Of a stretch of DNA of 64,000 nucleotides, positions 9,346 through 19,179 are shown piece by piece. Position numbers and translations under genes: made by a program. The stretch's first letter is position 1. The number at the start of each line of letters is the position of its first letter. The DNA is taken from NCBI GenBank assembly GCA_934121925.1, contig CAKOVK010000006.1, forward strand, positions 7-64,006, written 5' to 3'. The stretch comes from an uncultured Clostridia bacterium (GTDB taxonomy: Bacteria; Bacillota; Clostridia; TANB77; CAG-508). The notes beneath the pieces were generated by a model. That model was given only the letters and a program-made list of their open reading frames with translations, searched no databases and was not told where the DNA came from.

Positions 9346-10359
9346 TTATTCTAAATTGCATCTTCCTTCATATATAGCTATTGTACCTTTTTTATCCTCT
9401 GGTTTAGTAAGTTCTGTATACTCATTGCTCTCTGCTGTTATTTTTACATAATTTTCTCCATTTTGTAGTTCAAAATAATATTCTAGTGTTTCTTTTTCTG
9501 GATCATAATCTGCTTTAGTTTCATCGTAAGTTAATTCTACTCCATTTATATTGAAATCTACTTTTTTAAATCCCTTATCATGAGTAATTATCATATATAG
9601 CCTATTTCCTTCTTTATATACCTCAAACTTAGGCTTTAGCTTTACAAAAAATGTGTTTTCGTATTGTTTAGTATTTCCATTTATATCTTCTACAAATACA
9701 CTAATGCTATTCTTTCCCTTTATAGTTTCTATGTTTTCTTCTAAGTATGTTTTTTCTTCATTTAGTTCAATTGTTTTTTCCTCTTCATCATTTCTCTTAT
9801 ACTTAATATATTTTATAGGTTCTTCTGAGTTTACTGATATATTTATTAGGCTAACATCATTTTCTCTGTCAATAGTAGTTACTTCTATTTTTATTTTATC
9901 ATCATTATTTTCACCTGAACCTTCTCTAGAAAACTCCTCTGTTCTTTCTTTTTCTTGTCCAATTTGGTCAATTATTTTCACTTTTAATGTGTTATTTCCA
10001 ACTGGTATATCTATTTTTTCTTCTTGCTTTGTTCTTCCTCCAAGTTCTTTTACATTTTCTTCTTCATCATTCCACTGATATATAATTTTACTAATTCCTG
10101 CTTCTGCCTTTGCAATAATTGTAACCTCTTCGTTTGTGTTTTCTAGCAATATCTCTGGTTCTCCAATACTTTCTTCTTTATTGCTATTTTTAAATATTTT
10201 ATAAACATATATTGCAGATACAGCAATTCCAAAAACTAAAATTATAACAGCAAAAAAAATAATAATTTTCTTTATATCATTTGAATTATTTCTATTATAA
10301 TTTTTATTGTTATTTTTTTTATTATTATTGTCGTTATTTGTTAATAATATTTGGTTCAT
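9346..10359 (-). CDS. Membrane-anchored hypothetical protein with an Asn-rich N-terminus and beta-rich ectodomain
   Basis: 337-aa ORF. Poly-N/K tract, then one TM helix (IIIFFAVIILVFGIAVSAIYVY). No recognisable catalytic motif. Confidence 0.55.
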   Translation of the reverse strand: MNQILLTNNDNNNKKNNNKNYNRNNSNDIKKIIIFFAVIILVFGIAVSAIYVYKIFKNSNKEESIGEPEILLENTNEEVTIIAKAEAGISKIIYQWNDEEENVKELGGRTKQEEKIDIPVGNNTLKVKIIDQIGQEKERTEEFSREGSGENNDDKIKIEVTTIDRENDVSLINISVNSEEPIKYIKYKRNDEEEKTIELNEEKTYLEENIETIKGKNSISVFVEDINGNTKQYENTFFVKLKPKFEVYKEGNRLYMIITHDKGFKKVDFNINGVELTYDETKADYDPEKETLEYYFELQNGENYVKITAESNEYTELTKPEDKKGTIAIYEGRCNLE

Positions 10360-10442
10360 ATTCGTTTCCTCTCTATATATTTTAAATTATAGCACAATAA
10401 ATTTATATTTGTAAATAAATTTAAAAAATTTCCATATTAAGG

Positions 10443-10480
10443 CAAAAGGAGATTAGATTTGCTCTCTAATCTCCTTTTTG
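10443..10480. terminator. Intrinsic terminator downstream of the adhesin gene
   Basis: 13-bp stem aaaaggagattag / ctaatctcctttt flanked by A/T runs. Confidence 0.75.
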
Positions 10481-10489
10481 CTTAATATT

Positions 10490-13400
10490 CTAATATGTTA
10501 ATACATATTTTTTTACTAAGTATATTCCTCCTGCTAATAATGTTAGCATTGCTATTGTAAATAATGCATATGATGTTCCTTTACCTGTTTGTATTGATAA
10601 AATTACTAGTGCAAAGTCATCATCATCCTCTTGTTCTTTTTCATATGGATCTTTTTTATTGTCTGGAGTTGAATCTATGTCATCTGTGTTATATTCATTG
10701 TAGTCTTCTGTTATTTCTGCTATATTTGTTTTTAATCCTAAGTTGTCTGTTCCATTTTTCCATGTAAATACGATTTCAACTTCTGCACTTTCTCCTGGTT
10801 GCAATAAAACTGTTTCTAGAGCTCTTGTTGTTACTTTTTTGTCTCCTTCTTTTACCCATCCATATGTTTTGTTATCTTCTTCTTTAAATTCTAAACCTTC
10901 TGGTATAAAATCTGTTAATTCTGTCGCATAACCTGCAATTTCGCCTTCGTTTGTTACTCTTATTTTGTATACAAATTTAACTACTGTTCTATTTAATTTT
11001 TTCTTATCTACTTCTACCTTTGCAATTGGTTCAGCTTCTTCATTATCTCTTATTCCTTTTGTTTCTGTTTTACCAGTATTAGGTTTAAATCCTGTTTCCG
11101 TATTAGTTGTTTTTCCGTCTACTGTAACAATTGTTTTAGTTACCCATTTTAATAAGCTTAAATCAAATATTGGAACACGTACTTTTTCTATATCTTCATC
11201 ATCTTCATCTTTCCATTCATTTGGTGTAGAATCCTCGTCATCGCCACTATCTTCAGTTATTTGTGCTTGGTTTACTATTGCTGTACCTTTATTTGGATTT
11301 TTTGATTCATCTACTATAAACACTACTTTTACATCTGCATAATTTAATTTTTTCTCTTCTGAATTAAATGCTTTTATTAATGTTTTTCCTAGATATCTTG
11401 TTCTTATCATTGTTGCTTCTTCAGCATTTGTTGTTTCAATATATTTTTTATTATTATACTCAATAATGTCTTCTTCTGAAACATCTTTTTCGTTTTCTTT
11501 TACTTCTCTGTACATTTTCCAACCGTATTCTTTATTTGTAGTATTATCTGAATCATATACTAAACCTTCTGGTATATCATCTGAAACTTCATAAGCGTAT
11601 CCATCTTCTGATCCTTCATTATATACTCTTATTGTATATTCAACTACACTTCCGTTCTTTACTAGTAATGGATCTTTTGGATGTGTATATGTTGCTGTAC
11701 GCTCTAGTTTTCCATTTCTGTCATAAGTCCCTTCTATCAATGTTTTTAAATCTACTTCTGGTTCTCTTGATTTTTCTGGTTCTTTATCATCTACTTTTGT
11801 TATAAACTTACGTAATGCTAAATCAAAATATTTTAATTGTAATGGTTCAAAATCATCATCGTCTTGTTCTCCTGGAGTGTATCCATCTACTTCTGTTCCT
11901 GGTATATGTTTTCCATCTTCATATACGTTATTTGGTTCAGAATCTCTGTCATCACCTACATTTTTAATTTCGTTTTCTTCTGAATCTTGCGCTGCTGTTA
12001 TTTCAGCAACGTTTTTTAATATTCCCTGATATGTATTCTCTTTTAACACTACACATGTTATTTCAAGTTCTTGATAGAATAGTCCATCATTTTCGTCATT
12101 TATGCTTTGTTGCCATAAATCTTTATCTGCCTTTTCTGATTTATATGCTTTTATTAAATCTGTAGCTCTAATTTCAGTTTGTCCTGTTGTTCCTCCTGCT
12201 GTTACTGCTAAAGTTTTATCTCCTTCAACATCTTTTCCTTGTATAACTTGTACATCTGCTAAATTTACATTTTCACCAAGCAATTTTTTATATGCTTCGC
12301 TTTTTAAAACTTCTTTTTCAGATGCATATATACCTTTTTCACCATATAATGGGCTAGCATTTACACCTTCTGGTAAAAACCAATCTGAATTAATATCTCC
12401 ATTTGCTGTATACAAAAATCCTAACCCTTCTGGTAAATAATCTGTTACTCTTGTTGCATACCCATCTTTTTTTCCTTCATTGTATATTCTAATTTTATAA
12501 GTAACTAAATCGCCTTTTTTTACTGTTACTGCATCTTTTGGATGTTTATATGTTGCAGTAGTTATCATTTTTCCAGTACTTTCATCTATAGTATTCAATT
12601 TGCTTGTATCTATTTGTGGCACTCTACTATTTTCTAATTCTTCTCCATTTATTGCAGATATATATTTACGTAAGCTTAAATCAAACTCTCTTCCTTTTAT
12701 AATAACTTTTTCAAAATCATCATCATCTTCTTGTCCTTTATAGAAATAATTTTCTTCTGCTAAATTATTTTGATTGCTTTCATTTCCTTTATATCCTGGT
12801 AAATTTTCTAGTAATTTTTCTGCTGTTGGAACTGTAAAATCTTCTGGTTTTGAATCTCTATCATTTATATCTGCATCTACTGCTGTATACTTCATTGTTG
12901 CTACGTTAGTTAAAACTTTATCTTTATTAGATATTTCTGCTGTTATTTTAAACTTTGCATTTACTGAATTGCTATTTAATTTTTGTCCATTAAATGCATC
13001 TAGTTCAAACAAGAAACCTTTATTTATTGGTAATATAGTTATTTTGTTATCTTCTATTTTATATGCATATTCTTTTCCTTGTAATTCTTCTTCAGTATAA
13101 CTTTCCTTATACTCAATAAAGTTGCTATTACTATTTGGGTCAAATTCTATTCCTTCTGGTAAGTAATCTATAATTTCTGTCACTTTACCTTTTATATCAC
13201 CTTCATTGTACACACTAAATGTATATGTAACAATATCACCAGGTTCTACTTCTACAGGGTCTTTTCTATGTTTGTATTCAGCTGTCGTTGCTTCACCACT
13301 TACTAATTTTGTAATATCTATATTGTCCAAATTTCTCTCATTTTCTATATTAACATTTTGATTGTTTCTCTCTACTTTTGTTATATATTTTCTTAAAGCT

Positions 13401-15463
13401 AAGTCAAATCTTTTTCCTGGTAATTCTAGATCTTCATAGTCGTCATCATCTTCTTTATATGTACTGTTATCTGTTGGTGGTACATAATCGTTTCTTCCAG
13501 GATCTCCTGGAACTGAATCTTTATCATCTCCAGTATCTTCTGTTATAGCTGCAATATTTCTTAAAGTCTTTCCTTCTTCTGATTCACTAGCTATTACTTC
13601 ACATTCAACTTGTAAATCAGCATAATATAATCCGCCTACTCCTGTATCTGCTTTTTGCCATCCTGCTTCTTCAGTTGTTTTATCTTTATCAAAAGGTTTT
13701 ATTATTGTATCTTTTAAATAATCTGTTACTATTGTCTTTCCATCGTTAGTTGGATTAGTCCATCCGTATTGGCTATTTATTGCACTATTATCTGCTAGTT
13801 TTAATCCTTCTGGCAAATAATCTGTTACACTTGTAGCTGTTCCTTCAATTTCTCCTTCATTATATATTCTTATTGTATATGTTACTTTATCTCCTTTTTG
13901 TACTTTTAATGGAGTCTTTGGATGTGTATATGTTGCAGTATATTCTTTAGTTCCTGTCCTGTTTTCTATTCCATTTATCAAAGTATTAGTATCTATTTTT
14001 GGTACTCTACTTTCGAAGTTCACATTTGAGTTTCCTCTTTTGATTGCAGTAATAAATTTTCTTAATGACAAGTCAAATACTCTTGTTGTAATTTCATCGC
14101 CTTCAGAAATTTTTTCTTTATCTATTTCTACTACAGCTTGATTATCACTTGCATTTTCTTTAGCATACATAAATGTTGCATTAGACATCATATATGAAGA
14201 TGTTATTCTTATAGTCATTTTTGACATATCATATTTGTCATCTTCCGTTATAAATTCAGGTGTATCTGATCCTTTTTCAAAGAACTTGTAAAATTTTATA
14301 TAATATTCTATTCCTGTTTGAAGTGAAGTTGCTTCTTTTCCATCCTTATCTACGAATCTATATATAACATTATAAGATGCCATAGTAGGATCATCTTCTG
14401 GTATTAAATACAATTTAGGTATTGGATTTTCTTGAGCGTCATATAGTACTACATCTGTAGCATCTATTGTTCTACTTCCATTTCTATCATCTATATCATT
14501 TTTTATTTTTACTGGTCCTATTTGATAGTAATTGTATAATCCTAAGTTATCGTTACTTGTTATAGTTAAAGTCTTTATTTTATCAAACTCATTTTTCTTT
14601 ATTTCTCTTGTTCTTGCTTCAGATTCTGCATCTTTTATATATGCCGAAGAATTATTGATAGCTCCATAAACAAGATATTGGTAAATTCTATCTATATTAT
14701 TTGCTTTTCTAGTCTCAATATTATTACTTCCATTTATACTTAAAAATTGTGCAGGATACATTGTCGATTGTGATACAGTCGGATTTGTATTTGCTTTTTG
14801 TTCATCGTAGTTTGCAAAATACCATATTGCTAATTGTTGTATTACTTCTAAATCATTATCTGTAATATCATCTTGCTGAGTTGTTGGTACTCCTGCTTTG
14901 TCTAATAATTCTTTTTTATATTCAGATGCGCTATAAACAATCTCATTATTGGCATTTAATTTATCTTTAGGTAAATATGATTCATCTAATATCCATAGTA
15001 TTGCATTATATATATTTACTGATTTGTCTTTAATTGTTTCTTCTCTGTCTAGATTCACCCCATATAAATCATTATACTTTGTTATTACTTCTTTCGCATT
15101 TTGGTGCATTTCCGATTTTTCTGCTTGCATGTATTCTATTGCTGATTTAGAAACATCAGTCTCTGGATTATCTGTGCTTAATCCAAATCCCTTTCCACCT
15201 CTTAAGCAATAAATAGGGGTTGTATATTGGGAAAAATCTTTATTATTATTGTCGAATATCTTAACAACTGTATACCAACGTGTAGTTCCAGCATCTTTTC
15301 CTTCAACTCCATATTGATACGTTGCTTTTGGTGCAAAAGGTCTCTCCATTTGAGCACCTAAGCTTCTAGTTACATCTGCTGCATATGCAGTAGTAAAAAA
15401 TGCTCCGGTTAAAACTAGTAATAATGCAATTAGTAAAACTTTAATCTTTTTCATATTTACCAT
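10490..15463 (-). CDS. Giant cell-surface adhesin-like protein with five DUF11/Cna-B-like repeat modules and a C-terminal sorting-signal-like tail
   Basis: 1657 aa. Signal peptide KKIKVLLIALLLVLTGAFFTTAYA. Five modules each open with FDL(S/A)L(R/L)K and end with a D-x-DS-x-P acidic motif and a DDDDFE linker. C-terminus reads SIQTGKG, then the hydrophobic TSYALFTIAMLTLLAGGIYLV, then KKY. A start at ATG 15452-15454 is equally possible. Confidence 0.8.
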   Translation of the reverse strand: MVNMKKIKVLLIALLLVLTGAFFTTAYAADVTRSLGAQMERPFAPKATYQYGVEGKDAGTTRWYTVVKIFDNNNKDFSQYTTPIYCLRGGKGFGLSTDNPETDVSKSAIEYMQAEKSEMHQNAKEVITKYNDLYGVNLDREETIKDKSVNIYNAILWILDESYLPKDKLNANNEIVYSASEYKKELLDKAGVPTTQQDDITDNDLEVIQQLAIWYFANYDEQKANTNPTVSQSTMYPAQFLSINGSNNIETRKANNIDRIYQYLVYGAINNSSAYIKDAESEARTREIKKNEFDKIKTLTITSNDNLGLYNYYQIGPVKIKNDIDDRNGSRTIDATDVVLYDAQENPIPKLYLIPEDDPTMASYNVIYRFVDKDGKEATSLQTGIEYYIKFYKFFEKGSDTPEFITEDDKYDMSKMTIRITSSYMMSNATFMYAKENASDNQAVVEIDKEKISEGDEITTRVFDLSLRKFITAIKRGNSNVNFESRVPKIDTNTLINGIENRTGTKEYTATYTHPKTPLKVQKGDKVTYTIRIYNEGEIEGTATSVTDYLPEGLKLADNSAINSQYGWTNPTNDGKTIVTDYLKDTIIKPFDKDKTTEEAGWQKADTGVGGLYYADLQVECEVIASESEEGKTLRNIAAITEDTGDDKDSVPGDPGRNDYVPPTDNSTYKEDDDDYEDLELPGKRFDLALRKYITKVERNNQNVNIENERNLDNIDITKLVSGEATTAEYKHRKDPVEVEPGDIVTYTFSVYNEGDIKGKVTEIIDYLPEGIEFDPNSNSNFIEYKESYTEEELQGKEYAYKIEDNKITILPINKGFLFELDAFNGQKLNSNSVNAKFKITAEISNKDKVLTNVATMKYTAVDADINDRDSKPEDFTVPTAEKLLENLPGYKGNESNQNNLAEENYFYKGQEDDDDFEKVIIKGREFDLSLRKYISAINGEELENSRVPQIDTSKLNTIDESTGKMITTATYKHPKDAVTVKKGDLVTYKIRIYNEGKKDGYATRVTDYLPEGLGFLYTANGDINSDWFLPEGVNASPLYGEKGIYASEKEVLKSEAYKKLLGENVNLADVQVIQGKDVEGDKTLAVTAGGTTGQTEIRATDLIKAYKSEKADKDLWQQSINDENDGLFYQELEITCVVLKENTYQGILKNVAEITAAQDSEENEIKNVGDDRDSEPNNVYEDGKHIPGTEVDGYTPGEQDDDDFEPLQLKYFDLALRKFITKVDDKEPEKSREPEVDLKTLIEGTYDRNGKLERTATYTHPKDPLLVKNGSVVEYTIRVYNEGSEDGYAYEVSDDIPEGLVYDSDNTTNKEYGWKMYREVKENEKDVSEEDIIEYNNKKYIETTNAEEATMIRTRYLGKTLIKAFNSEEKKLNYADVKVVFIVDESKNPNKGTAIVNQAQITEDSGDDEDSTPNEWKDEDDEDIEKVRVPIFDLSLLKWVTKTIVTVDGKTTNTETGFKPNTGKTETKGIRDNEEAEPIAKVEVDKKKLNRTVVKFVYKIRVTNEGEIAGYATELTDFIPEGLEFKEEDNKTYGWVKEGDKKVTTRALETVLLQPGESAEVEIVFTWKNGTDNLGLKTNIAEITEDYNEYNTDDIDSTPDNKKDPYEKEQEDDDDFALVILSIQTGKGTSYALFTIAMLTLLAGGIYLVKKYVLTY

Positions 15464-15836
15464 CCTTTTTTATTTTTATTGTACCTATATTATATATTTT
15501 TTTGAAATTAAATCAATAGGCTAATTTAAAGCTATTTTTATAGTGTATAAATGTCCCCAAAATACATTTACGGAAGCTTTCTTTCTAGGTATTGCTTAAA
15601 GTAATAAAATAATATTACATTTTTATGTCATTTTTTTACTTTAGTTAATTTTTTGTTCAAAAATCTCCAAAAACCATATTTTCCGTAGGATTTTTCTGCT
15701 CCTGTCCATCTGTTTTTAAGTCGTATTCATACATATTAATTATACCTTATTTTTAAAGTCTTTTCAACTCATTATGTTAATTTTTATATGTAAATATTGG
15801 TAAAAAATGAACATTAAATAAATTTTATACAAATTA

Positions 15837-15865
15837 TTGACTTTTTAATTTAAATTTGCTATCAT
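15837..15865 (+). promoter_or_regulatory. Putative sigma-A promoter of the tRNA pair
   Basis: TTGACT (15837-15842), 17 bp, TATCAT (15860-15865), about 20 bp upstream of tRNA-Gly. Confidence 0.55.
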
Positions 15866-15883
15866 AGTAATGCTTTAGTTTTT

Positions 15884-15959
15884 GCGGGAATAGCTCAGTT
15901 GATAGAGCGCTGCCTTGCCAAGGCAGAGGTCGCGGGTTTGAGCCCCGTTTCCCGCTCCA
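15884..15959 (+). tRNA. tRNA-Gly (anticodon GCC), normal 7-nt anticodon loop, CCA encoded
   Basis: gcgggaatagctcagttgatagagcgctgccTTGCCAAggcag...cccgctcca. Cloverleaf arms pair, and the sequence is close to classical bacterial tRNA-Gly(GCC). Confidence 0.92.
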
Positions 15960-16065
15960 AAAATTTTGTAAAACAAAATTTTTGTATTATTAATTATTCA
16001 CATTTCATTTCTAATTAGTACTATTTTTTAAAAAAGTGAATACATTGTATTATACTTAAATATTC

Positions 16066-16140
16066 GGCGTTGTAGCCAAGTGGTAAGGCACGAGTCTGCA
16101 AAACTCTGATTCGGCGGTTCGAATCCGCCCAACGCCTCCA
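16066..16140 (+). tRNA. tRNA-Cys (anticodon GCA), CCA encoded
   Basis: ggcgttgtagccaagtggtaaggcacgagtCTGCAAAactct...ggttcgaatccgcccaacgcctcca. Acceptor and T arms pair. Confidence 0.9.
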
Positions 16141-16146
16141 ATAGAA

Positions 16147-16173
16147 AAACACTCTTGAAAAGAGTGTTTTTTT
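16147..16173 (+). terminator. Intrinsic terminator after tRNA-Cys
   Basis: acactctt-gaaa-agagtgt stem-loop followed by TTTTTTT. Confidence 0.8.
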
Positions 16174-16334
16174 ATTGGAATTAATTTCGAGTTGAAGGAT
16201 TCGAACAAGTATGGATAATCTTATGTCATTTATATTTCTATTTTTATTAGCGCATTCGGTTGAAAATACACATAATACGTGTTATAGTTATATTATGTAA
16301 CAATAAAATTTTACATAGAAAGGTTTGAGAAAAA

Positions 16335-17075
16335 ATGATTAAGTACTTTATGCGGCAAACTATTTACGAGGGCTTTGACAGAGAATCTCAAGACAGGCTT
16401 CTTGCACTAACTTCAAAGGAAATTATAATTAACCGACTCTATTCTGTGTTTTGTGTTATTTTTTACCTTCTTTTTGCAGTGACTCCAATCTATATAATTA
16501 ATGCACGCAGAAATTCACTAAATCTAGTTTTTATGCTATTATCACTTGTACTACTTATAAGCTTATCTACAGTTATGTTGATTGTCCTCTTAAAATTGTC
16601 TCCCAAAAGTATATACTTTTGGCTATGTACGATTAGGGGTAAAGTTCTTAGTAAAAGTGATTTTAAAACTATTAAGCAGGCAGATGAAGCGTTGTATTTG
16701 GATATTTCAACACAAGAATGTTGTGGATATTGCTATTCTACCTGTTTTCAAATATGTAAAGCTCTAGAAAAAGGTTCTATAGAATTTCTCGCAGTAAAAA
16801 AATTTTCACCGCATGACTACGAAGATGATGATGGAAAAGCTTTCACCATGCATGTTCTTTATGTGAATAATGGGTGGGCTTTTGATGTATATAGCTCTTG
16901 CCAATATCCACTTGAAAAATTGCACAAAATTTACAATGCTAAAGTCTATAAAGCTTTCAGTTTTGAAGAAATCAGTGACAAGGCTTATGAAGATTTTGTA
17001 AAAGAACAATTATTTGAACTCAAAAAATGGTCTGCTGTTAATGACTGTTCCATATTTTTGAACTGTGATGATTAA
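16335..17075 (+). CDS. Hypothetical membrane protein (2-3 TM helices) with a Cys/His-containing C-terminal domain; start uncertain
   Basis: 246-aa ORF. TM helices LYSVFCVIFYLLFAVTPIYII and LVFMLLSLVLLISLSTVMLIVLL. C-terminal CCGYCYSTCF...MHVLYVNNGWAFD is vaguely papain/transglutaminase-like (inference only). Codon 7 is the only in-frame CGG in the window not tied to a needed frame change. SD is weak. Confidence 0.45.
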   Translation: MIKYFMRQTIYEGFDRESQDRLLALTSKEIIINRLYSVFCVIFYLLFAVTPIYIINARRNSLNLVFMLLSLVLLISLSTVMLIVLLKLSPKSIYFWLCTIRGKVLSKSDFKTIKQADEALYLDISTQECCGYCYSTCFQICKALEKGSIEFLAVKKFSPHDYEDDDGKAFTMHVLYVNNGWAFDVYSSCQYPLEKLHKIYNAKVYKAFSFEEISDKAYEDFVKEQLFELKKWSAVNDCSIFLNCDD

Positions 17076-17089
17076 GAAACTTAACATTT

Positions 17090-17127
17090 CACGACTGATT
17101 ATAGAAATTATAATCAGTCGTGTTTTT
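17090..17127 (+). terminator. Intrinsic terminator
   Basis: Perfect 14-bp stem cacgactgattata / tataatcagtcgtg, 5-nt loop, then TTTTT. Confidence 0.85.
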
Positions 17128-17161
17128 ATATCCTAGGAAATTTCTCATTTCATTCGGGAAC

Positions 17162-18446
17162 TCAAGTCGGCAAGAACAAAGGGCAACTAAAGTTGCTTTG
17201 TTCTATATATCCTAACTTTCCAATCAATTCAATAAAGTAATATATAGTATTCTTTTTTTCTATTCTGTTTCTTGTAATTATATCTATGTTACAAATATTT
17301 TCTTTTCCATTTTCTACTTTTATCTCTCCAATTTTTGTATTTTCTTCCACTGGCGCTTCTAAATAATTTATTGAATTTATGCTTACTTTTATGTTGCTAA
17401 TTTCTTCTTTTTTTACAGGATATAACGTGTATTGTAAATTATCTAGCCCTACCTCTAAGTTTTTGCTTTTACCTTTATTTATAGTAATTCTATGTAAATT
17501 TATTTTTTGCCAATTCTCAAATTCTTTATTTATTAATTCTTCTAAATCTACTAATTCATAATTTCTATATATATATTCTATTAAATTAATTGAATCTTTT
17601 GTCCTTATTTTTTTTGTATCTGCCCCTAGTACAACTGTTATAATATTAAAACCATCTCTTTCCACAGAAGTTATTAAACATCTTCCAGCTCCATTTGTAA
17701 AGCCAGTTTTTACCCCATTTACTCCATTTAAATATCCAAGCAATTCGTTTGTATTTGTTATAGTTTTTATATGTCCATTTATATTTACATTATGAATTTT
17801 AGTGCTTACAACTTCTGAAAATTTTTCAATGTTTAATGCATAATCTGCCATTAATGCAAGCTCATATGCAGTTGTATAGTGTCCTTCTTCATCTAGTCCA
17901 TGTGGAGTTATAAAATGAGTATGGTTTAAATTTAATTCTTTTGCTTTTTTGTTCATTAATTCTGCAAAATTTTCTACACTGCCCGCAGTGCTTACGGCTA
18001 TTTGGATTGCAGCATCATTCCCGCGAGCAAAGCATTAATCCATACATCAAATCTTCTTTTGTTATTTTATCTCCTGTTTTCAGTCCTAACCTCGAGCCCC
18101 CTATGCTTGCAGCTTGTTTGCAAACTTCAATTTCTTCATTTAAGTTTTTATTGTTTTCCAAAAAAACAATTGCTGTCATTATTTTTGTTGTGCTTGCCAT
18201 TGGAACTTCTTTATCATAATTTTTTCCATATAATATTGTTTTTGAAGTTCTATCAAAAGCAATTGCACTCCTTGATAAAATATTTGGATCTTTTGAAGCA
18301 TTTGTAGAAACATTTTCTATCTCCTCTTGCAACCAAACATAATCGGTTTCTTCTTCTACTTCATATGCAAATATAGTTACATTAATACATATTAATGCAA
18401 TTATAGCAATAACCAATATTTTTTTTATATTATTCAATAAAATCAC
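17162..18446 (-). CDS. D-alanyl-D-alanine carboxypeptidase (S11, DacB/DacF-like), 427 aa after one +1 correction
   Basis: Track ORFs 18015..18446 (N-terminal anchor, SxxK = STTK) and 17162..17956 (KTG = VKTGFT) join at in-frame CGG 18021-18023. This restores the SxN motif as L-C-S-G-N-D-A-A. Confidence 0.85.
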
Positions 18447-18527
18447 CTTTTTAATTTTATTAAATAAAGCATTAAAAATGCATAATTTCGTTTTAAAAAA
18501 TTTTCTTAACTTGAAAGATTTTTGAAT

Positions 18528-18812
18528 TTAAAATTTAAGATTTGAAATATCTCTAGAATGATGAATTATATGTAAGATATAAATATTTTCTGAATTAAAT
18601 TTATATAGAATTTTATATGATTTGTATATAATTTGTCTAATGTCTCGTTTCTCATTTATTACTTTTCCCATTTCTGGAAAAAGTAATAAATTGTCTATTC
18701 TTTTATTTATTTCATTAACTGTTCTATTTGCATAAAATTCTGAATCTTGAGCAATATACCATTTAATTTGTATTAATTCTTGTTGGGCATGTTTTTCTGT
18801 TATTATTTTCAA
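18528..18812 (-). CDS. ParE/RelE-superfamily type II toxin
   Basis: 94 aa with a TTG start. The pattern ...IKWYIAQDS...RIDNLLLFPEMGK...YKSYKILYKFNSENIYILHIIHHSRD is typical of ParE-like toxins. Follows a small acidic ORF. Confidence 0.65.
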   Translation of the reverse strand: MKIITEKHAQQELIQIKWYIAQDSEFYANRTVNEINKRIDNLLLFPEMGKVINEKRDIRQIIYKSYKILYKFNSENIYILHIIHHSRDISNLKF

Positions 18813-19035
18813 ATTCAGTTCCTTTTAATAATTCATCAATTACCTGTTCCCATGGAATAGTATTATCTATTCCCATTTCTTTTTCCCTATCTAATATAAC
18901 TGATGTAACAAATGCTAAGTCTAAACCCGTAGCTTTTGGATTATGCATTAAATCTTCTTCTAATTTTAGTAATTCCTCATAACTTTTTGATTCAACCTCT
19001 TCTTCACTGACTAAGTTAAATTTTTCATCGTCCAT
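18763..19035 (-). CDS. Putative cognate antitoxin (small acidic protein)
   Basis: 90-aa ORF immediately upstream of, and overlapping, the ParE-like gene. No family recognised; the call rests on position. Confidence 0.45.
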   Translation of the reverse strand: MDDEKFNLVSEEEVESKSYEELLKLEEDLMHNPKATGLDLAFVTSVILDREKEMGIDNTIPWEQVIDELLKGTEFENNNRKTCPTRINTN

Positions 19036-19179
19036 ATTATCACTTCCTTTTTATTATGCATTTTTAATTTTCCAAATTATATTCCATTATTTTACATTTG
19101 TCAATATGTTTATGCAAATTTTTGTTTGTAATATACTATAAATTTGGAGCGTATCAAATACGCCCCAAATTTATAATTT

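Noticed and set aside
15464-15880. A c-di-GMP (GEMM-I/II) riboswitch in the long region upstream of the adhesin, suggested by the nearby GGDEF gene. Also an inverted TACGGAA/TTCCGTA pair at 15569-15575 and 15684-15690.
   Set aside because: I could not find the conserved GEMM core sequences. The region is almost pure A/T apart from the 7-bp inverted pair, which is too short to support a structure call by eye.
16176-16220. A tRNA-like fragment (ggattcgaac) after tRNA-Cys as a possible island att site.
   Set aside because: Only the 10-nt T-loop-like string matches. The flanking bases cannot form a T-stem and do not repeat the 3' end of either tRNA. No matching copy was found near the other end of the accessory region.
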